The notes beneath the pieces were generated by a model that ran no database searches, had not been told where the DNA came from, and saw only the letters and a list, made by a program, of their open reading frames with translations. The translations under genes and the position numbers were made by a program. Source: Corallococcus sp. (lineage in GTDB: Bacteria; Bacillota; Clostridia; Christensenellales; CAG-314). From it: a stretch of 64,000 bases of DNA. The DNA lies in the NCBI GenBank assembly GCA_023667435.1, contig JAMPAB010000001.1:21960-85959 (forward strand), in the 5' to 3' direction. Positions 56,501 to 64,000 of the stretch are shown in pieces; within the stretch, counting starts at the first letter, position 1, and each line of letters opens with the position of its first letter.

Positions 56501-56702
56501 GTTTTATTGCGTTTTCCGAACCCGACGTTGAGCTCGACGTACTTTTTCCGTCGCAGACGCGAATAAATATATTTTCCGCGTTCCGCTCCGTTGAATAACC
56601 GATTATTGCCCTAGACAATGAAATAAGTTAAAATATTTTTCGTGTTTTCCTATTGCGCGAATGAAATCGGCGCAAATTAAACCCGTTTAAAGCGTTCGTC
56701 AA

Positions 56703-56750
56703 ATGTTATGCGCCCCAAAAGTCGGATAAAGCTTTTGGAGCGCATAACAT
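56703..56750 (-). terminator. Long hairpin downstream of the M32 peptidase gene.
   Basis: ATGTTATGCGC..CCAAAAG-loop-CTTTTGG..GCGCATAACAT. On the minus strand only a short T run follows. Confidence 0.4.
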
Positions 56751-56806
56751 AGAACGGCGATTTTTCGTTTACGATATAAAAGTCTGTCGATGTTAGCAAA
56801 TTTGCG

Positions 56807-58291
56807 CTATTTCGAATACTTTTCGATTAAATATTCTACGTAGTAATCGGGATTGAAATCCTCGCCTGTGGCAAGCTTCAGTATCTCGTCGGGATACTTG
56901 CTCGAACCGTACTTGTGAACACGCTCTTTAAGCCATTCGTTCACCTGTTCGGTGGTACCGCTTTTAAGACTTGCCTCGACGTCAAAGTCCTTGTTCATAT
57001 AAAAATACAGTTGCGAAGCTATGGCGCTGCCCAACGCGTAAGTAGGAAAATATCCGAAATTACCGTATGCCCAATGCACGTCCTGCAATACGCCCAAAGT
57101 GTCGCTTTGCGGAGTTATGCCGAAATACTCGTAGAATTTCTTATTCCAGTAGGCGGGCAGATCCTTCACTTCGAGTTCGCCCGAGATTAACTTCTGCTCT
57201 ATTTCGTAACGGAGCATAACGTGCAGCGGATAGGTAAGCTCGTCCGCTTCGGTACGCACAAGCGAACGTTCCGTCGTGTTGATATACGCCGTAAACTCGT
57301 CCAAACTTACGTTATCCAACAACGGAGCGAAAGTCTGCTGAAGTTTACCGTAGTGAGCTTTCCAAAAAGCGCGGCTGCGTCCTATAATATTTTCGTAAAA
57401 ACGCGATTGACTTTCGTGCAGTCCCAAGCTTGCTCCGCCGCCCGACAGCGTATTATTAAGCGACTTGTCGCATTGCTGCTCGTACAGCGCGTGTCCCGTT
57501 TCGTGTATACAGGAGAAAATCGCGGAATCGAATTTGTCCTCGTAATAATGATTCGTAATACGCACGTCGTCCGTCCCGAATCCGCTTGTAAACGGGTGTT
57601 CGCTTACCTTCATGATACCGCGAGATTTATCGAAACGCATTACGTCGCGCAGATATTCGCAAAACTCGCGCTGCTTTTCCGAAGGGAATTTCTGCTTCGC
57701 CCATTGCGGAACGACGACGGGATTTGCGGTAACTTTCTTTACGAACGGCACCAGTTTTTCGCGCAAAACGCCGAAAAATTGGTCGTATTTTTCCTGCGTG
57801 TAATGCGGTTCGTACTGATCGAGCAAAACGTCGTAACCTTTAAGCTTTTCCGTTGCGAGCCACTTTGTCTGTTTGCGGCAAAAGTCAACGATTTTTTCCA
57901 GATAAGGACGGAACAGTTCGAAGTTGTTTTCCGTCTTAGCTTTGACGTAGACGGGATACGCTTTACTCGTCAATTCGCTGTAAGCTACGTATTCCTCTTG
58001 CGGAATCTTCTTTGTATCGGAGATGTTTTTGTAAACGACTTCGATTTCGTGACGCAGAACCTCGTCAAGAGCATCGCGTCCGTTATACAGGATTTCCACC
58101 GCCTGCTCGAACTGCGGATCGGTCATAAGCTGATAGCTCATTTCCGACATGACGGCGACCTGTTCGCTGTCCGCCATAATACTTTGTTCCGCCGCGTCCG
58201 TTTCCATATCCCAACTTACGATAAAGTCAAGATAATTAAAAGCTACTATTTTTCTTCTTTGCTTTTTGTAAAATTCCAACGATTTTTCCAT
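56807..58291 (-). CDS. M32-family carboxypeptidase (carboxypeptidase Taq type).
   Basis: HETGHALYEQ (HExxH), GLHESQSRFYEN and IRTEADELTYPLH blocks were read. The length is 494 aa. Confidence 0.9.
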   Translation of the reverse strand: MEKSLEFYKKQRRKIVAFNYLDFIVSWDMETDAAEQSIMADSEQVAVMSEMSYQLMTDPQFEQAVEILYNGRDALDEVLRHEIEVVYKNISDTKKIPQEEYVAYSELTSKAYPVYVKAKTENNFELFRPYLEKIVDFCRKQTKWLATEKLKGYDVLLDQYEPHYTQEKYDQFFGVLREKLVPFVKKVTANPVVVPQWAKQKFPSEKQREFCEYLRDVMRFDKSRGIMKVSEHPFTSGFGTDDVRITNHYYEDKFDSAIFSCIHETGHALYEQQCDKSLNNTLSGGGASLGLHESQSRFYENIIGRSRAFWKAHYGKLQQTFAPLLDNVSLDEFTAYINTTERSLVRTEADELTYPLHVMLRYEIEQKLISGELEVKDLPAYWNKKFYEYFGITPQSDTLGVLQDVHWAYGNFGYFPTYALGSAIASQLYFYMNKDFDVEASLKSGTTEQVNEWLKERVHKYGSSKYPDEILKLATGEDFNPDYYVEYLIEKYSK

Positions 58292-58315
58292 AGTTATACT
58301 CCTTTTAATGCTTGT

Positions 58316-58344
58316 ATTTTACATCTTTTGGCGACGTAAATCAA
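58316..58344 (-). promoter_or_regulatory. Promoter of the M32 gene.
   Basis: On the minus strand: TTGATT, a 17-nt spacer, TAAAAT, then the AAGGAG RBS. Confidence 0.5.
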
Positions 58345-58380
58345 GTTATTTACCGCCGCCGCGCAAATACAACCGAAATA

Positions 58381-58413
58381 TATAAAAAATCGTTGATTTC
58401 ACCGATTCAACGA
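58381..58413 (-). terminator. Terminator closing the P-type ATPase transcription unit.
   Basis: TCGTTGA-10 nt-TCAACGA followed on the minus strand by TTTTTTATA. It lies 240 nt after the ATPase stop. Confidence 0.5.
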
Positions 58414-58420
58414 CTTTTTC

Positions 58421-58477
58421 TAATAAAACAACCGATTACCTCTAACTGCATTTAACTACCTGTTTATTACATCGTAT
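58421..58477. repeat. Copy 1 of a roughly 57-nt direct repeat.
   Basis: TAATAAAACAACCGATTACCTCTAACTGCATTTAACTACCTGTTTATTACATCGTA matches 58524-58580 with about 8 mismatches. Confidence 0.8.
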
Positions 58478-58523
58478 CACGTTGGTAATTCAATATTGCA
58501 ATCAGCATTGTTCGTGTACGATA

Positions 58524-58580
58524 TAATAAAACAAAAGACTACCTCTAACTGCATTTAACTGCCGTTTATTGCATCGTACG
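58524..58580. repeat. Copy 2 of the roughly 57-nt direct repeat.
   Basis: TAATAAAACAAAAGACTACCTCTAACTGCATTTAACTGCCGTTTATTGCATCGTA. The 24-nt core TACCTCTAACTGCATTTAACT.C is shared with copy 1. Confidence 0.8.
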
Positions 58581-58654
58581 TTTATAGTTATATATCGCAA
58601 ATTAAATTGCTCGCAAGATATATTAACAGAACAAACTCAAACGCCGTTCGCTGC

Positions 58655-61201
58655 TTATTCCGCATTTATTTGTTCTGCTTTTACTGCGCGTTTGGCGGCA
58701 TATTTCTTTTCAATGTATTTTACCAAGAACTTTAACCCTACGATTATACCCGCCATTACCAACACGTTTACTACAACGAAAATTATTCGGTAAACGTCGA
58801 AAAACTCATAGGAGAACGTCGGGGCGGACTTCTTCAGTCCAAACAGATCGCTAACCCATGCAAGAACGGGCGAATAGAAGAATATACACAGCACGGTACC
58901 TACTACGCCTATTGCTCCGATACCGATGTTAATCTTGTCGTAAGGGAACAGTAATATCAGTAACGCCGCAACGCCTGTAAAAGTAAAGCTGAACATAGCG
59001 ACGGTAGTTATCTCGCTGATAACGTACGTCTCGCCGCTCCAAATTACTTCGACGCCGTTAGTTAAATTCAACACGCCGCTAAACGCGTACGTCATCGCGA
59101 CAGACAGGAACATGGCGACTCCGCTGGGCAAAGTGCGTTTTAAAACGTTGGGTATAAACTTGCCCTTAATCAAATTACGGTTCGGTTTAAGCGCCAGCAG
59201 GAAGGAGGAAATTCCTATTACGAAAAATTCCGCCGAAGCAAGATGTTGCGCCTGGAAGGGGAAACTTGCGCCGATTATCAAGCACAAAAGGGTGGTAAAT
59301 ACTACCATAGTCGTTTTCATCAAAAACAACGACGCGGAATTCTGTATATTATTTACTACTTGACGTCCTTCGGCAACAACCTTAGGCATTTGACTGAATT
59401 TGTTGTCCATCAACACTAAGTTTGCGACTGTTTTCGCCGCGTCCGTTCCGCAACCGACGGATATTGCGCAGTCGCTCTCGCGCATTGCGAGAATGTCGTT
59501 TACGCCGTCCCCCGTCATAGCAACGGTATGTCCCGCCTGTTTCATAGAACGCACGAGTATCGCTTTTTGTTCGGGAGTGACGCGTCCGAATACGGTATAC
59601 TTGTTTGCCGCTTCCGCTACTTGCTCGTCGCTCATTCCGTCGAGAGATATCCATTTGTCGGCGTCTTTTACTCCGACCTTACCTGCAATTACCGAAACGG
59701 ATAACGGATTGTCTCCGCTTATAACCTTTATGTCAACGTTGTTATCTTTAAACCAGCCGATTATTTCGGGCGCGTCGGAACGAACCGTGTCCTGTAAAGC
59801 GATTATTGCAATCGGTTCGAGTCCGTCGATTGTTCCCTTGTCGGAAATCGCCTTTTTACTGCGTCCGACTGCTAATACTCTAAGACCCTTTTTTAACAAT
59901 TCGTTACACTTTCCGTTAAAATCTTTGCCCGCCTTTTTAAACATAAATTCGGCAGCTCCGAAAGCAACGGTTCCGTGTCCCTTAATTGTCGCGGCAGAAT
60001 ATTTGCGCGCCGAAGAAAACGGTAAGTGCGCAACGGCGTCATACGGAACGACTCCGTCGACGTACGTTTTGAGAGCCTTAGCAGTCATATTATCGTCGCC
60101 CGTTGCGTAAAGCACGGTTGCCAAATAAGCTTTGATTTCCTCTTCCGTTCCGTTAAGGGGAATTATGCCGTCCACCGTCATAGAACCGTCTGTAATCGTA
60201 CCCGTTTTGTCGAGGCAAAGCGTATCAACGCGCGCCAACATTTCGATACACGGGAGTTCGCGCACGAGGACCTTTTTGCGAGCCAGCTTCAACGCCGCGA
60301 CAGCCAAAGCAACGCTTGTAAGCAAAACCATACCGCTGGGAACCATGCCGAGCATCGAACCGTTCATGGCAAGCAGCGCTTCGTCCACTTTTGCCACGAC
60401 GGCATCGGAGGGTTTCTTGATAAAATTTTCGAAGTATATCGAAAATTCATTCGTTCCGAACATCGAAACGATATTTTGATGACGTAAAAACGTTGCGATG
60501 CCTAACGGGAAAATGATAATCGCAATAAACTTGATAATACGGCGAATACCTTTCATCAGTTCGGAAGGGGGCATTTTCGCTTTTTTTACCCGCGATGACA
60601 ACTGTTCGATATAATTGTCTTTACCGACTTTGTCGGCGCGCGCGGTGCAGTTGCCCGAAATAACGTAACTGCCGCTGTACAGCAAATCGCCCGCTTTCTT
60701 TTTGACAGGATCCGATTCGCCCGTCAACATCGATTCGTCCACTTCCACTTCGCCGATAATTACAACGCTGTCGGTACAAATTTGTTTACCCGCAGCGTAC
60801 AGCAGAATATCGTCGAGTACGATATCGCGCGTCGCGATAGTCTGTTCCGCTCCGTCGCGAACCGCCTGCGCGGTAGGTTCGGACACCAGAGACAATTTTT
60901 CAACCGCAATCTTACTGCGGATTTCCTGAAAAATGCCTATGGCGGTATTTGCGACGATGATGACGATAAAAGTCATATTCGCAAGTCCGCTGTGCGCAAT
61001 CAAAGATATAATAAATACAATAAATCCCAGCAAATTGAAAAAGGTGCAGATATTGCCTAAAAATATCGCAGCGTAACTTTTACCTACGGTTTTTTTTACT
61101 TTATTCGTCTGCTTTGCGCGCACGCGCTGTTTTACTTCTTCCGAAGTCAGCCCCTGATTGATGTCTGCCTGCACGCGTTGTAATTCGACTTTTTTATTCA
61201 T
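58655..61201 (-). CDS. Cation-translocating P-type ATPase, substrate not assignable.
   Basis: The phosphorylation motif CLDKTGTITDG, the hinge MTGDGVNDILAM and the TGES actuator motif (LTGESDPV) are present, with about 10 TM segments. The M4 helix reads VPSGM rather than PEGL. Confidence 0.9.
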   Translation of the reverse strand: MNKKVELQRVQADINQGLTSEEVKQRVRAKQTNKVKKTVGKSYAAIFLGNICTFFNLLGFIVFIISLIAHSGLANMTFIVIIVANTAIGIFQEIRSKIAVEKLSLVSEPTAQAVRDGAEQTIATRDIVLDDILLYAAGKQICTDSVVIIGEVEVDESMLTGESDPVKKKAGDLLYSGSYVISGNCTARADKVGKDNYIEQLSSRVKKAKMPPSELMKGIRRIIKFIAIIIFPLGIATFLRHQNIVSMFGTNEFSIYFENFIKKPSDAVVAKVDEALLAMNGSMLGMVPSGMVLLTSVALAVAALKLARKKVLVRELPCIEMLARVDTLCLDKTGTITDGSMTVDGIIPLNGTEEEIKAYLATVLYATGDDNMTAKALKTYVDGVVPYDAVAHLPFSSARKYSAATIKGHGTVAFGAAEFMFKKAGKDFNGKCNELLKKGLRVLAVGRSKKAISDKGTIDGLEPIAIIALQDTVRSDAPEIIGWFKDNNVDIKVISGDNPLSVSVIAGKVGVKDADKWISLDGMSDEQVAEAANKYTVFGRVTPEQKAILVRSMKQAGHTVAMTGDGVNDILAMRESDCAISVGCGTDAAKTVANLVLMDNKFSQMPKVVAEGRQVVNNIQNSASLFLMKTTMVVFTTLLCLIIGASFPFQAQHLASAEFFVIGISSFLLALKPNRNLIKGKFIPNVLKRTLPSGVAMFLSVAMTYAFSGVLNLTNGVEVIWSGETYVISEITTVAMFSFTFTGVAALLILLFPYDKINIGIGAIGVVGTVLCIFFYSPVLAWVSDLFGLKKSAPTFSYEFFDVYRIIFVVVNVLVMAGIIVGLKFLVKYIEKKYAAKRAVKAEQINAE

Positions 61202-61290
61202 AAATACTCCTGTCGGGTATGATTTGCGGTAATAAGTTCTATTTCGTAAAATTAAATTTCGGGTTATCTTATATTACAGAGTCCGCTCTC

Positions 61291-62316
61291 TCAAAGAGGT
61301 TTTTCGCCTCTCAGCTTTAGCGTAGGACACGCGTTCAAGCTCATATCGGCAAATTCGCCTTTACAATACATATAGTAACCGCGCGACGCTATCATTGCGG
61401 CGTTGTCTCCGCACAGCGGTAAAGACGGCAAAGATACGCGTATCGACGACGCTTCGAATTGTTTCATACGTTCGCGCAGATAACCGTTCGCGCCTACGCC
61501 TCCTGCGACGGCGACGGTTTTAAGACCGCTTTTTGCGGTTTCTTCCTTTAATCTTTCGATCAACCCGTCTACGGCGGCTTTGGTAAAGCTTGCGGCAACG
61601 TCCGCTTTGTTAAGCTCTTCGCGTTTCTGTTCGGCGTTGTGGACGAGATTGATTACCGCAGTTTTAAGTCCGCTGTAACTGAAATTACCGTTGGAAACGA
61701 CGACTGAATTTAATTTATATTTGGCTTCGCCCCTCTTAGACAATTCGTCTATTTGCGGTCCGCCCGGATACGGAAGTCCCAGTACGCGCGCTACTTTGTC
61801 GAACGCTTCGCCGACAGCGTCGTCTACGGTAGAACATATCACGTCGTATTTATCGTAATCGAGAACTTTAACGATAGCGGTATGCCCTCCGCTCGTAAGC
61901 AGACACATATACGGAGGCGTCAAATCCCGATACGTCAAATAATTTGCGCAGATATGCCCTTCGATATGATTTACCGCTATAAGCGGCAATCCGCCCGCCT
62001 GACACAGTCCCTTAGCGTACGACACGCCTACAAGCAAGGCGCCTACAAGTCCCGCGCCGTAGGTTACGGCAACCGCAGAAATACCGTCAAGCGTTACGTT
62101 TGCGTCGTCAAGCGCGCGTTCAACCGTTTTGTCGATTACTTCGACGTGATTGCGGCCGGCGATTTCGGGTACCACTCCGCCGTAAAGCCTGTGAATGTCG
62201 ATTTGCGACAGCACGACGTTCGACAGAATTTCCCGTCCGTTTTTTACAACGGAAGCCGCCGTTTCGTCGCACGAACTTTCTATGCCTAATATCAGTACGT
62301 CTCTGTCTCGATTCAT
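61291..62316 (-). CDS. tsaD: tRNA N6-adenosine threonylcarbamoyltransferase.
   Basis: ILGIESSCDETAASVV, the metal site HIEGH, and a length of 341 aa. Confidence 0.9.
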   Translation of the reverse strand: MNRDRDVLILGIESSCDETAASVVKNGREILSNVVLSQIDIHRLYGGVVPEIAGRNHVEVIDKTVERALDDANVTLDGISAVAVTYGAGLVGALLVGVSYAKGLCQAGGLPLIAVNHIEGHICANYLTYRDLTPPYMCLLTSGGHTAIVKVLDYDKYDVICSTVDDAVGEAFDKVARVLGLPYPGGPQIDELSKRGEAKYKLNSVVVSNGNFSYSGLKTAVINLVHNAEQKREELNKADVAASFTKAAVDGLIERLKEETAKSGLKTVAVAGGVGANGYLRERMKQFEASSIRVSLPSLPLCGDNAAMIASRGYYMYCKGEFADMSLNACPTLKLRGEKPL

Positions 62317-62465
62317 TATACAATTATAATACGACCAAAAGCTCGATTTGTCAATTTATTACCTGCATGCCGTAACTATTTTTCAGTTTACAACGTTACT
62401 CTTTTGGTGTAAAATATTATACAAGCAGTTTGCCCGGCGCAAATCGAATAGGTTTAAGAGGAATT

Positions 62466-63986
62466 ATGAAAAAAATTTTTAAATTATTATTCAGTAGATT
62501 TACGTTAATTTTTCTGGCGATTGTTTTGCAAGTGGCCGCAATGGCAGTAGTCTTAACATATTTCCGCAACTACTACGTGGCGATACGAAGCATTTCCGTC
62601 GTTTTAACCATTATTGTCCTATTAGGCATAATCAACAGGGATATGACAATAGAAGGCAAGCTGCCTTGGGCTATCATTGTTGCGCTGCTTCCTATACTCG
62701 GAATAGTATTGTACGTTTTGTTTTCGCGAAACTATGCAAGCAGAACGGAAAGAAAACTATTTGCAAAACTTCCCAAACTCGACTTTTCCGACGTCAAAGC
62801 GGACGTGCCTCTTAACGTTTTCGGTCAAATAAATTATTTAAAGGAAATGGGCGCGCCGACGTTCTCGCATACGGAAACAAAATATTTCGAAAGCGGAGAA
62901 ACTTACTGGCAAGACTTGTTGGTCGAACTCGATAATGCGAAAAAATTTATTTTTCTGGAATTTTTCATCGTCGAACGCGGAAAAATGCTCGATTCTATTT
63001 TGGAAGTATTACTTAGGAAAATCGACGAAGGCGTAGAAGTACGAATGATGTACGACGACGTAGGCAGCCTTCCTCACGTAAAATATTACTTTTGCAGAAG
63101 GATGCGCAAACTGGGCATAAACTGCGTACGTTTCGGCAAATTGAAACCGTTCGTTTCGGCGGTATACAACAACCGCGACCACAGAAAGATCGTCGTTATT
63201 GACGGCAAAGTGGGTTATACGGGCGGAATCAATTTGTCCGACGAATATATCAACGAAACCCATCCCTTCGGCTACTGGAAAGACACGGCGGTTAAAATTA
63301 CCGGAGACGCGGTGGCGTCGCTGTGCATAATGTTTTTGCAAATGTTCGATATGGCGCAGCATAAGACGGAAAGCTTTGAAAGCTATATCGTACCGGGACT
63401 GCTCGCAGGAAAGGACGTTTCGGACAACGGCCGCGACAAAGGATTGGTAATTCCTTTCGGCGACGGGCCAAAACCCATATACCAAGAATACGTCGCGCGT
63501 AACGTTTATCTCAATTTGATAAATCAAGCGGAGAAGGAGTTGTATATAACTACGCCCTACCTCATCGTAGACGAAGCGTTTACCGACGCCATAAAAAGAG
63601 CGGCGCAACGCGGAGTGGACGTGCATATAGTTATACCCGGTATTCCAGATAAAAAAGCGGTATACTGTCTGACAAAACAAGGCGCGGCGAAATTATTCGA
63701 TTACAACGTCAAAATGCACGTTTATACGCCGGGATTTATCCACGCGAAAGGAATAATTGCAGACAGTATCGTCGGCGTTGTAGGAACAATTAATCTGGAT
63801 TACCGCAGCTTTATGCATCACTATGAGGACGGAATATTTATGTACGACACCGAAGCGTTAAAAGAACTGCGCGCCGATATGCTGTCTACGATAGAGGAAT
63901 CTCAACCTCTTGACAAATCTCCGAAGCTGAACTTTTTCGAAAAAATCGTTTGTATTTTCGCTAACGTTTTACGTCCGCTGCTGTAA
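62466..63986 (+). CDS. cls: Cardiolipin synthase (PLD superfamily).
   Basis: There are two N-terminal TM helices. Two HKD motifs are present: HRKIVVIDGKVGYTGGINLSDEY and HAKGIIADSIVGVVGTINLDYRS. The start was set at the ATG at 62466 (MKKIFKLL), after AAGAGGA. Confidence 0.9.
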   Translation: MKKIFKLLFSRFTLIFLAIVLQVAAMAVVLTYFRNYYVAIRSISVVLTIIVLLGIINRDMTIEGKLPWAIIVALLPILGIVLYVLFSRNYASRTERKLFAKLPKLDFSDVKADVPLNVFGQINYLKEMGAPTFSHTETKYFESGETYWQDLLVELDNAKKFIFLEFFIVERGKMLDSILEVLLRKIDEGVEVRMMYDDVGSLPHVKYYFCRRMRKLGINCVRFGKLKPFVSAVYNNRDHRKIVVIDGKVGYTGGINLSDEYINETHPFGYWKDTAVKITGDAVASLCIMFLQMFDMAQHKTESFESYIVPGLLAGKDVSDNGRDKGLVIPFGDGPKPIYQEYVARNVYLNLINQAEKELYITTPYLIVDEAFTDAIKRAAQRGVDVHIVIPGIPDKKAVYCLTKQGAAKLFDYNVKMHVYTPGFIHAKGIIADSIVGVVGTINLDYRSFMHHYEDGIFMYDTEALKELRADMLSTIEESQPLDKSPKLNFFEKIVCIFANVLRPLL

Positions 63987-64000
63987 CGTTTTTCCGTCGT

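Noticed and set aside
1-64000. A search for CRISPR arrays, rRNA genes, IS elements, transposases, integrases, prophage genes, toxin-antitoxin pairs and known defence systems.
   Set aside because: I saw no regularly spaced short repeats and no DDE, tyrosine or serine recombinase motifs in any long ORF. The only mobile-element-like signal is the set of tRNA 3'-end repeats, which is reported separately.

Overview
The window reads as a core-chromosome stretch from a Gram-positive-type, lipoprotein-rich anaerobe, by eye Firmicutes/Clostridia-like. This rests on lipobox signal peptides, AGGAGG-type RBSs and sigma-A-like promoters. Nearly all genes from 1 to 39.3 kb are on the minus strand. No CRISPR array, rRNA, transposase or integrase gene was seen.

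Content from left to right:
1. A starch/maltodextrin utilisation operon (1-12.9 kb). It encodes a multi-CBM-like lipoprotein, a solute-binding lipoprotein, MalF/MalG-like permeases, a GH13 amylase lipoprotein, a MalK/MsmX-type ATPase with a very long C-terminal extension, and a type I pullulanase lipoprotein truncated by the window edge.
2. A 1033-aa hybrid sensor kinase with two receiver domains.
3. An AAA+/DUF4143-type ATPase next to an initiator tRNA-Met that is preceded by two truncated copies of its own 3' end.
4. A tight trpS / DUF5685-like / degenerate J-domain Cys-rich protein / membrane protein gene string.
5. Housekeeping genes: cysK, leuS, M14 peptidase, hpt, tilS, rsmA, Fe-ADH, rpsF-ssb-rpsR, ung, galM, a GH3 beta-glucosidase, tldD/pmbA, cvpA, a THUMP methyltransferase, degV, an M32 carboxypeptidase, a P-type ATPase, tsaD and cls.
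6. A PadR-DUF1700-DUF4097 module.
7. A 920-aa surface lipoprotein divergent from a four-gene cluster of ECF sigma factor, putative anti-sigma factor, membrane protein and lipoprotein.

The items most worth a second look are:
- a roughly 285-nt highly base-paired leader between a near-consensus promoter and leuS that lacks the canonical T-box sequence;
- a G10 tract in the promoter spacer of the 920-aa lipoprotein, a candidate phase-variation switch;
- the ABC ATPase with a coiled-coil extension;
- the DUF5685 / J-like / membrane module;
- the tRNA-fMet 3'-end repeats;
- the paired 57-nt repeats downstream of the P-type ATPase.

All calls come from reading the translations and the sequence by eye. 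No database search was run.
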